In this document: piece by piece, positions 22,201 through 35,896 of the stretch | Layout of the letters: every line of letters starts with the position of its first letter | How positions within the stretch are numbered: position 1 is the stretch's first letter | NCBI RefSeq assembly: GCF_001194135.2 | Contig: NC_068986.1 | Span: forward strand, 39,519,247 to 39,583,246 | Reading direction: 5' to 3' | From: Octopus bimaculoides | Lineage: Eukaryota | Length of the DNA: 64,000 bases | The notes under the pieces: generated by a model | The model's input: the letters and a program-made list of their open reading frames with translations, nothing else | Told to the model about the DNA's origin: nothing | Databases searched by the model: none | Made by a program: the position numbers and the translations under genes

Positions 22201-25200
22201 CTATGATTGAAGTATGCTTCTAATTTATATTTATACTGAGTTTATAATTGAAAATAATTTTACTTAAAGTTATTTCTACAGATATTCTATAGAAATTATA
22301 GCCACCACTGATTTTTGTTACAACTTTTTGTAAAAACTCCCGAAATATGGCATATACTCCCATTATTCATTTTCCATCTTTGATTTCATTGTTTGTTTAC
22401 ACCTGCCATCTTAGATACGAAATGCCATAGCAAAAGACAGTGCTGTCTATAATTTCTAAAGAACATCTGTAGAGATAACCTTAACAAATGATGTAAAGAG
22501 CATTGCTAACACTGTAGAACATAATATTGACTTACAAAGATGTTTAATATACTTAATAGTATATTATGGTTGCATAATGAAATACTGTGTCCCTACAAGC
22601 AACGTAAATAATTTTGTCCTTTAAACCTTTTCTTTTTCTCCTAAAGATTCGAAATGTAACACTCCTATGAGTCAAATTGATCAAACTCCTAAAATACAAA
22701 GGAAAGAAGATTACACTTCAAAGAATTCTACCATTACAAATTCTACAAGAAAGCTGAATAATTCAACAGTATCAGCAGTGGACCAGTCTTTAAAACGGCC
22801 AAGATCCGAAGAGAGTAAACCAGCACCAAAGACCTCTGAAAGATTGGTGCTTTTTAGTAATTCTGATGGACTCAAAAGTCCTGGTGTGGAAAATCAAAGC
22901 TGTGTAGTAAGTTCTAGTATGAAAGAAAATAACCCAAGAAAGGATACTGTTAGTGACGACGTGACAGCCCTTAATAATACAATTTCAGAAGAATCTGAAG
23001 TAGAAAACAACACCAAAGATGTTTCAGAACCTAAGAAATGTAAGTCTTTGTCATTTATAGAATTTTATTCTATCAGTGATAGGAATTTGGTGTTGCCTTA
23101 AAATTCTCATCCACCCTACATCACCTCCACTTGAGCAAGCTAATGTTATGGAAATTAAAAAAAAAAACCTGACACTCTATTGGTTTCAGTGTCATGAGTT
23201 CCAGTTGATGCAATCAACAGAACAAACTGCACATGAAAATTAACATCTAAGTAGCTGAGTACTCCACAGATACATATACCCTTAATCTAGTTCTCAGAGA
23301 TTTAGCATGGCACAGAATGGGACAAGGCTGATCTTTTGAAATACAGATACTACTCATTTTTGCCAGCTGAGTGAACTGGAAATAAAATGCCTTGCTCAAG
23401 GAAACAATGTGAGGTCTGGAATCGAGCTTGTAACCTTACAATTGTGAGCCGAATACCCTAACCACAAAGCCACATACCTTCACTCTGTTGTGGAAACAGC
23501 CAATTAAACAATGCACTCCATAAATGCTTTTAACCATGGCCATCCTTGTTTTATTACAGGCATGCTATCCTGAGATTTGTTGAGGAAGAATAATGATTGC
23601 TGTATTGAGTAGCTTGAGTGACTCCATAGATGTTGCTTTTCAACTTGTTGGTGGGGGGGGGGGTAGTATTACTGTTCCCTTGAACTAGGCACAAAGGCAA
23701 TGTAGAATACAGTTACGAAATTTTTTAATAGGTGCAGGCCTAGCTGTGCGGTAAGACACTTGTTTCTCAACCACATAGTTCCTGGTTCAGTCCTACTGCA
23801 TGGCTCCTTGGGTTAGTGTCTCCTACTATAGTCTTGGGCCAACCGAAGCCATGAGAGGGAATTTGGTTGACGGAAACTGAAAAGAAGCCTGTTGTATATG
23901 TGTGTGTGTGTCCATGCCCCACCACCACTTAACAACTGCTATTGGTGTGTTTACATCCTTGTAACTTAGTGGTTCAGTAAAAATGACTGATAGAATAAGT
24001 ACCAGGCTTTAAAAGAAAAAAAAAAGGTACTGTACTGGAGTTGATTCAATTAACTAAAAGTTCTTCAGGGTGGTGCTCCAGCATGGCTGGAGTCTAATGA
24101 CTGAAACAAGTAAAAGATAAATATATTTCAAGAAGGTGATTAAGTTGTATAACTGTTGAGAAAAGAAGATAATTATTAAGGAGTGAAAGGTAGGTTTTGT
24201 GTCTTTAAGCTATTGATGTACAGAAAAGAAGAGTTGGGAAATAGGGACATTGGAGTTGGATCCTATTGATAGAAGTTGTGATGGAGCAAAAAGGCAAGAA
24301 ACCTGAACCAAAAGTTGAAAAACATACGGAGTCCATAGACAGGCAAAAAATAGAAAATAGAAAATGAGAGTAAAAATTATTTAGTTAATGACCCTTATTC
24401 TGGGTTTGAAATTTGAAGTTACATCAACAAATGATTATGTAGGACTGCTTGGTTGTGTCACTGTTCAATCTATAGTAATAGTGATGTTGTAAACAAATAC
24501 ATCTTGATGTCCATCTTGTGTGTAAATGAAAGCAACTGCTTAAATAGAATTTGATTCTGCTTCAAAACAAACATACCTATGGCTATGTCCCCTTCCGTCT
24601 CAAACAATCTTTGTCTTGCAAGCTTCTTGGTGACCCTGCCTGTGGTGATGCCACATAAAAAGGATTCAGTCCACACTGTAAAGTGGTTGCGTTTGGAAGG
24701 GCATCCAACTGTAAAAACCATGCCAAAACTGACCTGACTTGTGCTGGTGCCACACAAAAAGCACTCAGTCCAGTCTGTAGTGTAGTTGGTGTTAAGAAGA
24801 GTATCCTGCTATAAAACCATGCTAAGACAGACACTGAAGCCTGGATCAATCTTCTCGCTAATGAGCTCCTGTTAAAGTGTCCAACCCATACCAGCATGGA
24901 AAATGGTCGTTAATAATAATAATAATAATAATAATAGTGGTGGTGCAGCAAGCAGCACAATCTCATGAATTTAGGCATGGCGGTGTTTTGGATTCCAGGT
25001 TTAGTCCTGCTGTGTAGCACCTAGCACAAAGTATCTTCTGCTATAGTCTTGGACTAACCGAAGCCTTGTGGTTGAATTTGGTAGGTGGAAGTTTCTGTCT
25101 TGTGTGTACGTGTGTATGAAAGTGATTGTGCCTCCTAAGAGAGAAAGAAGAAAACATCTTACACATGTGCAATTCTCTGCCAGTTGGCTGTAATTCTAAT

Positions 25201-28200
25201 ATTTTTTAGATGCTTGTTTGATTGACAATGTATCTTCTTTCAATTGTAGATCATAGAAATACATTACTATGACATCTGTGGTTCTGGAATTTTGGAAGAC
25301 TATTGGGATTATTTCAGCTAAATATTTTTTTTTTATTCAAGCAACCTTAAAAGAAGCTACAAAATGTAACATGCAACTTATGTACTGGACAAAAGCTGAA
25401 ACCAAAATATTATATATCAAGAAGAATGTATACATGTAGTGATTGTATATATGTTGTTATTGTGTCTTTGTGTTGTTGGAAGAGAAAGATTTGTATAACC
25501 TCATTGGTGAACTGGTTTCTTAAAGGGTCAAACTAATACATTTGTTTATTGTTATGAACGAGAACTAAACACAGACTTTTTTTTCTCCAAATCCCTCTGA
25601 TTAGATTAGGAATTATTTACATTTACCTGTACAAGACAGAAAAAGAATCTTTCCAAGTTGAAATTTGTTCAAAACAAATGAAAGTATGATGCTGTTCAGC
25701 TTCTATGAAGTAACTTTTGTATTTGGGTACTACTAAAGATTGGTTTCAAATTTTGGTGCAAGGCAGCCAGTAATCTCAGGTAATGGGGAAAATCAATTAC
25801 ATTACATCAATCCCAGTGCTCAGCTGGTGCTTATTTTATCAACTCCAAAAGGATGAAAGGCAAAGTCGACCGTGGCAGAATTTGAACTTTAGAACATAAA
25901 AATGGATGATATGAAAACTAAGCATTTTGCCTGGCATGCTAACAGTTTTGCCACTTTGGTACTACTAAATATTACAGGGTTGTCACACAGACACCTATTG
26001 AAGAATATGATTGCAACAATAGTTGCTGTCAAAATCTTTGCTAATATCTGAAATCTTAAGTTGTAACTGGAACTTGTTAATATCATTTTATTGCTTATTC
26101 TCTACAGGGTGCTCAATCGATACTATGAAAAGTCTTTCTGCGACAATAATAGCTACTACCCCCAAAAGAAATCTGCTCAGTATTGCCAGCAAAACACCAA
26201 GTCCTTTAGCACGGCTGTTATCTCCAGAGAATCGACCCTCAACTAGGTAAGATTTTGTTTCGTATTTTGAAACCCACTTTTTTCAAAGTTATTCTTCTAA
26301 GCAAGCATGGATGAGATTAACTCTTTAGCATTTAAACTGGCCATATCCAGCCAAATTATTCTAGATGTTTTATATTCAAACTGGTCAGATCTGGCCTCTC
26401 TCATCTACCCTGTAATGTCATTCTAAAAATAAACAATCACATCATCAAAGTTTCAAAGTGACAAGATAATGCTTGATTAATTCAAAACAATATGAATAAG
26501 TATATTTAACAGAATAATCTGAACACTAGAGGGTTAATTTTACAGCAAGGGGCTGGATGCCTTTTTTTCATTTTAGGGCAAAATAGTTTGGATAGTTAAA
26601 TGAATTAGGTAGGTGGTGATGTACTGAATGATGTATGCAGTTTGGAGTGGTTAGTGTTAGGAAGGGCATCTAGCTGTAGAAACAATGCCAGATCAGATTG
26701 AAGCCTGGTGCAGCCTCGGTCAAACCGCCCAACCCATGCCAGCATGGAAAGCGGACGTTAAACGATGATGATGATGAATGTGAATAAGTATGCATTATAT
26801 TTGGCAGAGTAATCTGAAAGCTAAAAGGGTTAAATAAACAAGTTGTGTTAATTAACAGGAAGGTATTTCATCTTGTTTCAGAGAGAACAGTCACTTAAAC
26901 TTAGCTGGTGGAGCCACAATAACCAAATCAAAACCAACTTTTCCTTTGAAAATGTTAAATATGAACAAGCCAAAAGGTATGATTGTTAGCGCTATGACAG
27001 CGTCAGCAAAGGAAAATATCAAGGATTTGCATCGCTATAAAACATCTTCAATGTTTGAAAGAAGTACAGTATCTTGTAAGTTTAAAAGTTTCTTTACTTG
27101 ATAAATGTCTGTATGTGAGTGTGCTTTCTCTGTTGTAACTGCCTGTTGGTTCACTTTCTATCTTGTTCGTCTTCTTTTTTTATCTAATGCTTATTTCCTT
27201 ATATATAAATATAAAATATATACATACATTATCAGTCAAGTATTGTGGTCAGTATAGTCAACAACCTAACTCCCTTCAAAGTTACTGACCCCACCTTATT
27301 TAAAATAGAAGCAGTTATTGTCATTAGTCCATCAAACAAAATGTTTGACAGCATTTCTTTCAGGTTTATTTCTCCTGAGGTTGAATACCATGGATGTCAA
27401 CTTTGCTTTTCATCCTTTAGAAGTCGATAAATTAAGTACCAGTTGAGAACTGGGCTTGATGTTATTGACTTCCCCATCCCCTCAAAATTGCTGGCTTTGT
27501 GCCAAAATTAGAAATTTATAGGTGCAGATCTGGCTGTGTGGTAGGAAGCTTGCTTCCCAATCACATGGTTCCAGGTTCAGTCCTACTGCATGGCACCTTG
27601 GAAAATGTTTTCTGCTATAGCCTCGGGCCAACCAAAGCCTTGTGAGTGGATTTGGTAGATGGAAACTGAAAGAAGTTCATCATGCACATGTATCATCATC
27701 ATCACAATCGTCGTTTAGCATCCACTTTCCGTGCTAGCATGGGTTGGACAGTTTGATTGAGAACTGGCAAGCCGGGAGGCTGCTCCATGCTCCAATCTGA
27801 TATGGCAAGGTTTCTAGAGTTAGATACCCTTCCTGTGCCACCAGCATGGAAGCCAGTCAGGCGGTACTGGCATTGGCCATGCTTGAATGGTGCTTTTTAC
27901 ATGCCACCAGCATGGGTGCCAGTCGGGCGGCACTGGCATCAGTTATGCTCATATGGTGCATTTTATGTGCCACTGGCACTGGCCATGCTCTAATGATGCA
28001 TTTTATGTACCAATCAGGTGGCACAGACATTGGCCACACTTGAACGGTGCTTTTTACATACCACCGGCACAAGTGCCAGTCAGGTGGTACTGTCATCAGC
28101 CACAACTATGATTTCACTCATTTCAACAGGTCTTCACAAGCATGGCATATTGCCCAATGATTGATGGGTGCTTTTTTTTAAATGGGCCAGTTATATGACA

Positions 28201-31200
28201 CTGGCATCAACCACAACTATGATCTCACTTGGCTTGCTGGGTCTTCTCAAACATGGCATATCTCCAAAAATCTTAGTCTCTTGTCATTACCTCTGTGAGG
28301 CCCAATGTTTGAAGATCGTGCTTCACCACCTCATCCTATGTCTTCCTGGATCTACCTCTTCTACAGGTTCCCTCCACTGTTGAGGTGTGACACTTCTTCA
28401 CACAGCTGTCCTCATCCGTACGCATCACATGACCATATCAACGCAGTTGTCACTCTTGCACACCACAGCTGATGCTTCTTATGTCCAACTTTTCTCTCGG
28501 GGTACTTTCACTCTGTCGTATATGCACACTGACATTACACATCCAGCGGAGCATACTAGCTTCATTTCTTTCAAGACTATGCATGTCCTCAGCAGCCACA
28601 GCTCATGTTTCACTGCTGTGTATCATGGCTGTTTGCACACAGGCATCATACAGTCTGAGCAAGAGGCCCTTTGTTACCAGCAGAAGTATGAGCTCTCTGA
28701 ACTTTGCCCAAGCTATTCTTATTCTAACAGCTATACTCTCAGAGCATCCACCCCTGCTACTGACTTGGTTACCTAGGTAACGGAAGCTATCAACTACTTC
28801 TAGTTTTTCTCCTTGGCATGTGAGGGAAACTGTTTTCTGTACATCTTCGGTGTTCATTGCAACTGTGCATCTGCCACACAAAATCTATCTTCCCAATTAA
28901 CCTTCCTTTGATATTGCTCCACCTCTAATGTGTCCATTGCTTACACCGGGTACATATTATGGAGTTTCTACCTATACCTTCTCTACAGATTGAGCAGGGC
29001 CATCTACCTGAAGGGATTTGTGATTTGTCTGCCTTCCTACTTAATAAGACTTTGGTTTTTGCTAGGTTAACTCTAAGGCTCTTCGATTCTAGACCTTGCT
29101 TCCACACCTAAAACTTCTCTAATCCTGGTAGTGACTCAGCTATTAGAGCAGGGTCATCAGCATAGAGGAGCTCCCAGGGGCAGCCTGTCTTGAATTCCTC
29201 TGTTATTGCCAGGAGGACGATGATAAAGAAGAGGAGGCTGAGGACTGATCCTTGGTGAACCCCTACTTCTACCCAGAATTCTTCACTATACTCATTACCA
29301 ACCCTCACCTTACTGACAACACCCCTGTACATGGCTTATACAGCTCTCACCAATCACCCGTCTATCCCTAGTTTCCACACTGACCACCAGATAAGGGATC
29401 AGGGGGCCCTGCCAAAGGCTCTCTCTGTATCAACAAAAGCCAAGTACAGAGGTTTATCTATGGCTCGGAATTTCTCCTGCAGCTGTCTTACCAGAAATAT
29501 AGCATCAGTGGTGCTTCTACTTGGCATAAACCCAAACTGCATATCATCTAAACTAACCTTCTCCTTAATTAGTTGGGCTATGATCCTTTCTGTGACTTTC
29601 ACCACCTGATCCAACAATTTGATACCCCTGTAATTATTTTTAAGATGTCACCATTACCTTTGTAGCAGTTGATTAAGATGTTGCTATACCAGCCATTGGG
29701 TGTAACTCCTTTGTGTATCACCTGGTTATGTGTGTGTGTGTGTGTGTTTGTGTTTGTGTTTGTGTGTTTGTTTGTGTGTTTGTTTGTGTGTTTGTTTGTG
29801 TGTTTGTTTGTTTGTTTGTTTGTTTGTTTGTTTGTCCTTTATCACTGCTTGACAACTGGTGTTGGTGTGTTTACATCCCCATAACTTAGCAGTTCAGCAA
29901 AGAGACTAATAGAATAACTACCAGGCTTAAAGAAAAAGTAAAAAATAAGTGGGGTTGATTTATTTAACTAAAAATTCTTCAATGTGGTGCCCCAATATGG
30001 CTGTAGTCTATTGATTGGAACAAATAAAAGACAAAAGAAAAGATAAAAGTGGTGAGCTGGCATGATTGTTAGAATATCAGAATAAATACCTTGCTGCATC
30101 TCTTCTGAGTTCAAATCCCACTGTGGTCAACATTTCCTTTTATCCAACTTGGTGGTATCAATTTCCTAATTTCAGATCTTGTTCTTACTCTAGGAACATT
30201 ATTATTATCATTATTGTTATTATTGAGTTTCTATCAGTCAGACATATTGCATCTCACTTTCCAAATTCATGGATTTACTGAAATAAATTAAGTGAAAAAA
30301 ACCATTATATTTAATTCAGAATTTCTACAGAGAGGTAATTGCATGATTTGCCAATGTTTGGAGAGGGAATGACTAATTCATGAAGAAAATATTTTATTCA
30401 TTTGTAAACAAATAAAATGGCTTCTTCAAACATGAATATTTCAAATTTTTGAAACCAGAATGAGAAGTTGAATAGAAAGAAAAACTGTTTTTTACGACAA
30501 AGCACATGCATTTTGTAAGAAAACAAACGTGACACTTCTGTAGACGGGAACATTTATACCAGCAAGTTTGACAACTCTTTCTGTCTCACTCTCTCTCTCT
30601 CACTCTCTCTCTTTCTATCACTCTCTCTCTCTCTCTCTCACTCACTCACTCTCTCACACACACACTAAGCCAAAATGTTAATAGAAATGGAAGTAGTTTC
30701 ACTGACATTTATGGGCATGGATAAATCTAGAGAAGGAAAAGGAAGCAAGGTGGTAGTGTGTCACCAAAGAATGTTTCTGTGTAAGAATAGTAACAGGGAA
30801 AAAAAACGACATACTTCTGCCTATTGAAAAGCTGAAATTTGTCAGTGTACCTTCAAAAGTGAAACTAAAAGAAGCACTGTCCAGTGTGTCGTGATTTATT
30901 TTCCTTTGACTATAGCAAAGTATATGCGTACAAGAGTGCTTGCCTGGTTCTCAAGGATGAGGCGAGCTGGTGTATCACACACCTTTCTGTAGTCTTGTAA
31001 TATAATGCATAGGCCAGCACACTAAGGACACAATTAAGGGACATTGGGAGTGATTCCTGACATGCCATCTTTGTAATGCACTATGAGCTGGTTGTGAATA
31101 CATCACTGATGCAGGAGTGGCTGCGTGGTAAGTAGCTTGCTTACCAACCATATGATTCCAGGTTCAATCTCACAGCATGGCACCTTGGGCAAGTGTCGTC

Positions 31201-34200
31201 TACTATAGCATCGGACCAATCAAAGCCTTGTGAGTGGATTTGGGAGATGGAAACTGAAAGAAGCCTATCATATATATGTGTGTGTGTGTGTGTATGTTTG
31301 TCCCCCCACCATCGCTTGACAACCACTGGTGTGTTTATATCCCCATAACTTAGTGGTTTGGCAAAAGAGACCGATAGAATAAGTACTAGGTTTGCAACAA
31401 ATGAGTGCTGAGGTCAATTTGTTCGACTAAAGGCGGTGTTCCAGCATGGCTGCAGTCAACTGACTGAAACAAATAAAAGAGTAAAAGAGATAATATGCAA
31501 CCAGGAGACAGCTTATCATTAATGCAGAAATAAAAAAAAGTTAAAAAGTAATGTGACTGGTTGTGCAGAACAGAAAAAGTTTAATTGTTACACTTGTGGC
31601 AGTTAGAATCATTTGAGGGATTTTGTTCTAAGGAACTAGAAAAGAAATAAGTGACGGAGAAGTCTGACTGGAGCAGAACTGAAAGCAACAACAGTAGGTT
31701 CCAGAAACTGCTGTTAGAACAGAACCACCAGTCACACCATTGGTTACAGCTGTGAAGATGATTGAAAAGCTTGCCTCATCTGCTGATAAAGCCAAGCTTC
31801 ACTCTTTTTGTAGTATCATTGTATCCTTTTGCAACAGTGGGGGTGAGAGTCGTGCACTGATGTCAATGAAAAGAAAGAAAGAAAATTGTTGAGTGTAGTA
31901 CATTGTTGTCAATGAAAAGAGAGAAAGAAAATTGCTGAAAGCAAATAAAGGGTATGTAAAATGCAGAAAGAGTAATTCTCCTCCTTTTTGTCGGTGACAT
32001 ATGGTTCACAGTGGTGATTTGCTTTGTGGGAAAGAGTAATTGTGGGTGGATTCCAAGAGGCACACATTATAATAGAATGTTGTTAAGGATCACACAATTG
32101 GTCAGTCATATGGTCAAACAAACTTTACCAGAAGGCTTTGGATGCTTTCCATTCTGCTGAATATAAAAGTGCTCGTTGGCAGCTGTGGTTTTACTGTCAA
32201 ATGAAAAAACAAAACTAGTCATAAATATCAACTTCAATTATAATACTATTTTACTTGTTTTAGCCGTTTGACTGTGGCCATGCTGGAGCACCATCTTGGA
32301 GGGTTTTATTTGAACAGTTGAACCCGGGACTTATTTTAAGCCTAGTACTTATTCTATCAGTCGCTTTTGCTGAACTGCTAAGTTATGGAGACATAAACAC
32401 ACCAGCACTAGTTGTCAAGTGGTGATGGGGGATAAACACAGACACAAAGACACACACATAGATGTATACACACACACACTCACACACACACACACACAAA
32501 ATGGGCTTCTTTCAAAGCCACTCACAAGGCTTTGGTCAACCTGAGGCTATAGTAGAAGACACTTGCCCAAAGTGCTATGCAGTGGGACTGAACTCGGAAC
32601 CATGTGGTTGGGAAGCAAGCTTCTTATCACAGTTACAGTAGATTATTTTTATATGTATTTTTGTTTTAGGTTTCAGTTTTTTTTGCATTTATTTTTTAGC
32701 TTCATTTGTGTTGCATCCTTTTTGTCACCAAATCTTTTTTTTTATTTTTTTAGCAGGTAAGAAACTCCAAAGGAGTGATTCCCAGAAATTGAAATCTCTA
32801 CAGAAATTTCCGATGCGTTTTGGATCACATACCATTAAACAGTAAGTGTTTGAATGACTTTTGCTTCCAGTGTATCTCACTTCTTATTTAACACGTAGAT
32901 AGACAGGAAGAAGTATAGGGGTGTCATTGTAGCATTTTTTTCACTTTGTTTCAGTTTTGTTTACTTGGCAGTTTTCTTTTCAGGTACTCTGCCAAGTGCT
33001 ATCAGATTTAACTTCTGATTTGTCTGGTGCCAGTTTTTTATGTAGAATGTAACTAGGAAAATGACAAAAGACATTGTACTTAATGAATTAGAGTGAATAG
33101 CATAAACATTGTCACCAACTCTGATATGAATTTAAAGACAGGCACTTACGCATGTGTGCACACACATGCACACATGAATTTATACATGAACACATGGTGG
33201 GGTTCTGCACAGTTTCAATTTACCAAATATCTACAGAGCATGAATCAAGCCATGGCTTGAAAACACTTCAGAAGTGTCTTCGAGGAAGACAGTTGTCCAT
33301 GTTGCCACATAGTTGGAGCAAACACAAAATCACATGGTTCTAGAACAAACCTCATAAACCACATAGTATGCCTCAGCCTGTAAATTTTACTCCTTTTATA
33401 ATGTTTCAGGAGAGCTTGATATGCAGTGGGATTACTTGTTGAATGTTTAGAATTTAAAGCACATTTCAATCCGTTTATTATGTGTAACTCTTTCATTACC
33501 ATATTTATTTTGAGATACTCTGTGTTTCTTTCAATTAATTTCGAATATAACTAAGAATTTAGAAAAATAACTTAGTTATCATTAAGCTAGTGTTAGGAAC
33601 ATAAATTGTGACTAAAGTTTGGTGAAAAATTTTATGAAAGCCAGACATATATGCTATAGAGCCAAAGGCAGTTTCAGCCGGGTTGGTATCGAAAGAGTTA
33701 AGCCGAGCTTGATATTCAGAGGGATTACTTGTTGAATATTTAGAATTAAAAGCACATTTCAATCCTTTTATCATGTTTAAGGAGAGCTTGATACACAATA
33801 GGATTATTTGTTGAATGTTTAGAATTAAAAGCACAGTAGCTGTGAGGTTAGGTGCTGATCTACTGGTCACATGGTTACTAGTTCGAATCTTATTACTACA
33901 GGGTTTTACATTGTATTCTGAGTAAGGTACATAACAATATCTCTTCAATTCTATCTATTGATAAAAACAACTTCTATTCCATACTCACTCTCCTTTGTGT
34001 ATCTTAGTTTTAATGTGACCTTATATGTTTTTTTTATGTCTATTCTCTACCAGACCACAGATTACATTATCTGCAAGTAAAAAATCCTCCTCCTCCTCCT
34101 CCTCAAAATTCACTGGGAAGCAAAGGTAAGATTTTAATCAATTTACATATCCTTTTTAGTAATTTCCAATCATCATCATCATCATCATCATCGTTTAACG

Positions 34201-35865
34201 TCCGCTTTCCATGCTAGCATGGGTTGGACGATTTGACTGAGGACTGGTGAAACCGGATGGCAACACCAGGCTCCAATCTAATTTGGCAGAGTTTCTACAG
34301 CTGGATGCCCTTCCTAACGCCAACCACTCAGAGAGTGTAGTGGGTGCTTTTACGTGTCACCCGCACGAAAACGGCCACGCTCGAAATGGTGTCTTTTATG
34401 TGCCACCCGCACAAGCCAGTCCAGGGGCACTGGCAACGATCTCACTCGAAAATCCTACGGGAGCCAGTCAGGCGGTACTGGCAACGGCCACGCTCAAAAT
34501 GGTGCATCTCATGTGCCACCCGCACAAGAGCCAGTCCAGGGGCACTGGCAACGATCTTACTTGGCTTGCCGGGTCTTCTCACGCACAGCACATTTCCAAA
34601 GGTCTCGGTCAGTAGTCATCGCCTCGGTGAGGCCCAATGTACGAAGGTCTTGCCTCACCACCTCAGCCCAGGTCTTCCTGGGCCTACCTCTTCCACGGGT
34701 TCCCTCAACTGTTAGGGTGTGGCACTTTTTCACGCAGCTATCCTCATCCATTCTCACCACATGTCCATACCAGTGCAATCGTTTCTCTTCCAATGTTGTT
34801 ATATTATTCTCATGACCTTCATAGTGTCCAAACGGTCATATTTCTGTCATGTTTTGTGTAGATTGGACAATAGCATTTTGCTCGGCCTTCCCTAGCATCC
34901 TCTTTACTCATCAGATTTTATTCTATAAAAACTGAACTATTGAGGTTAATTATTAAGACACTCTGGTCACATGGAACACAATAGTTAGGTTAGCACACAT
35001 AATAATATAGTGAACATCAAATCTAATTACATATGCATATGTGCTGAGGAAACTGTCAAACTTCTAGATTTTTGATGCTCACTATATTATTTTAATACTA
35101 ACTTAATTATCAATATCTTTTAGAGTGACTAAATTAGCTTCCTAATGATGTTCTTGTTCTCTAGATTCCCACCAGTGTATAGCAGTGTATCATTGTTCAA
35201 CAATAGTCTCTATTTCCAATTATAGGGTAACATCTACACAGACTTCTTTCTTGCTTCTGATACCCACTTCCTTAAGATAGTCTGTTGCTTGTGTTCACAA
35301 CATCCAGCTTACTTCATTTCTTTCAAATTACTACACATCTTCCTATTTTGCTACTATAAACCATTACCGTATTTACTTCATTTTGTATCCTAGATGGATT
35401 ACTTTAACTCCATCCCAGCACTAATTAGGATGTGCAAATAAAACTTCTCTACAGCTGCCAGTTAATGACTGTTTCAGTCAGAAACTCCTTGCTTTGTTGC
35501 TTGGCTGTTACTACTGTTTAACTATATTACTTACATCTTATTCTATATACCTCTATCCTGAGCATGGCTATTCCTCTTGTTATCAGGTTCGGGACATTGC
35601 AAGTATTCACATCATCATAATTTTAGCATCCGTTTTTCCATGCTGGTATTGGTTGGCTGATCTGAGAGAATCTGACAAGCATCAGGGCTGCACCTAGCTC
35701 CATTATCAGCTTTGGCATAGTTTCTACAGTTGGATGTCCTTCCTAGCACCAGCCACTTTGCTATGTGTAATGTGTACTTTTTCATGTCACCAGCATTAGT
35801 GAGGTTGCTAGGTAACTTGCTTGACAGAAAATGAATGGAAGAAAGTGAGATGGTAAAAGCTAAAG

Positions 35866-35896
<31 letters not shown>

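Noticed and set aside
22667-23101. Stand-alone 144-aa protein
   Set aside because: It is an internal kinesin exon (22647-23039) read through its donor site.
25251-25320. Extra kinesin exon after ttcaattgtag
   Set aside because: In-frame TGA in the required phase; exons at 22647 and 26108 already join in phase.
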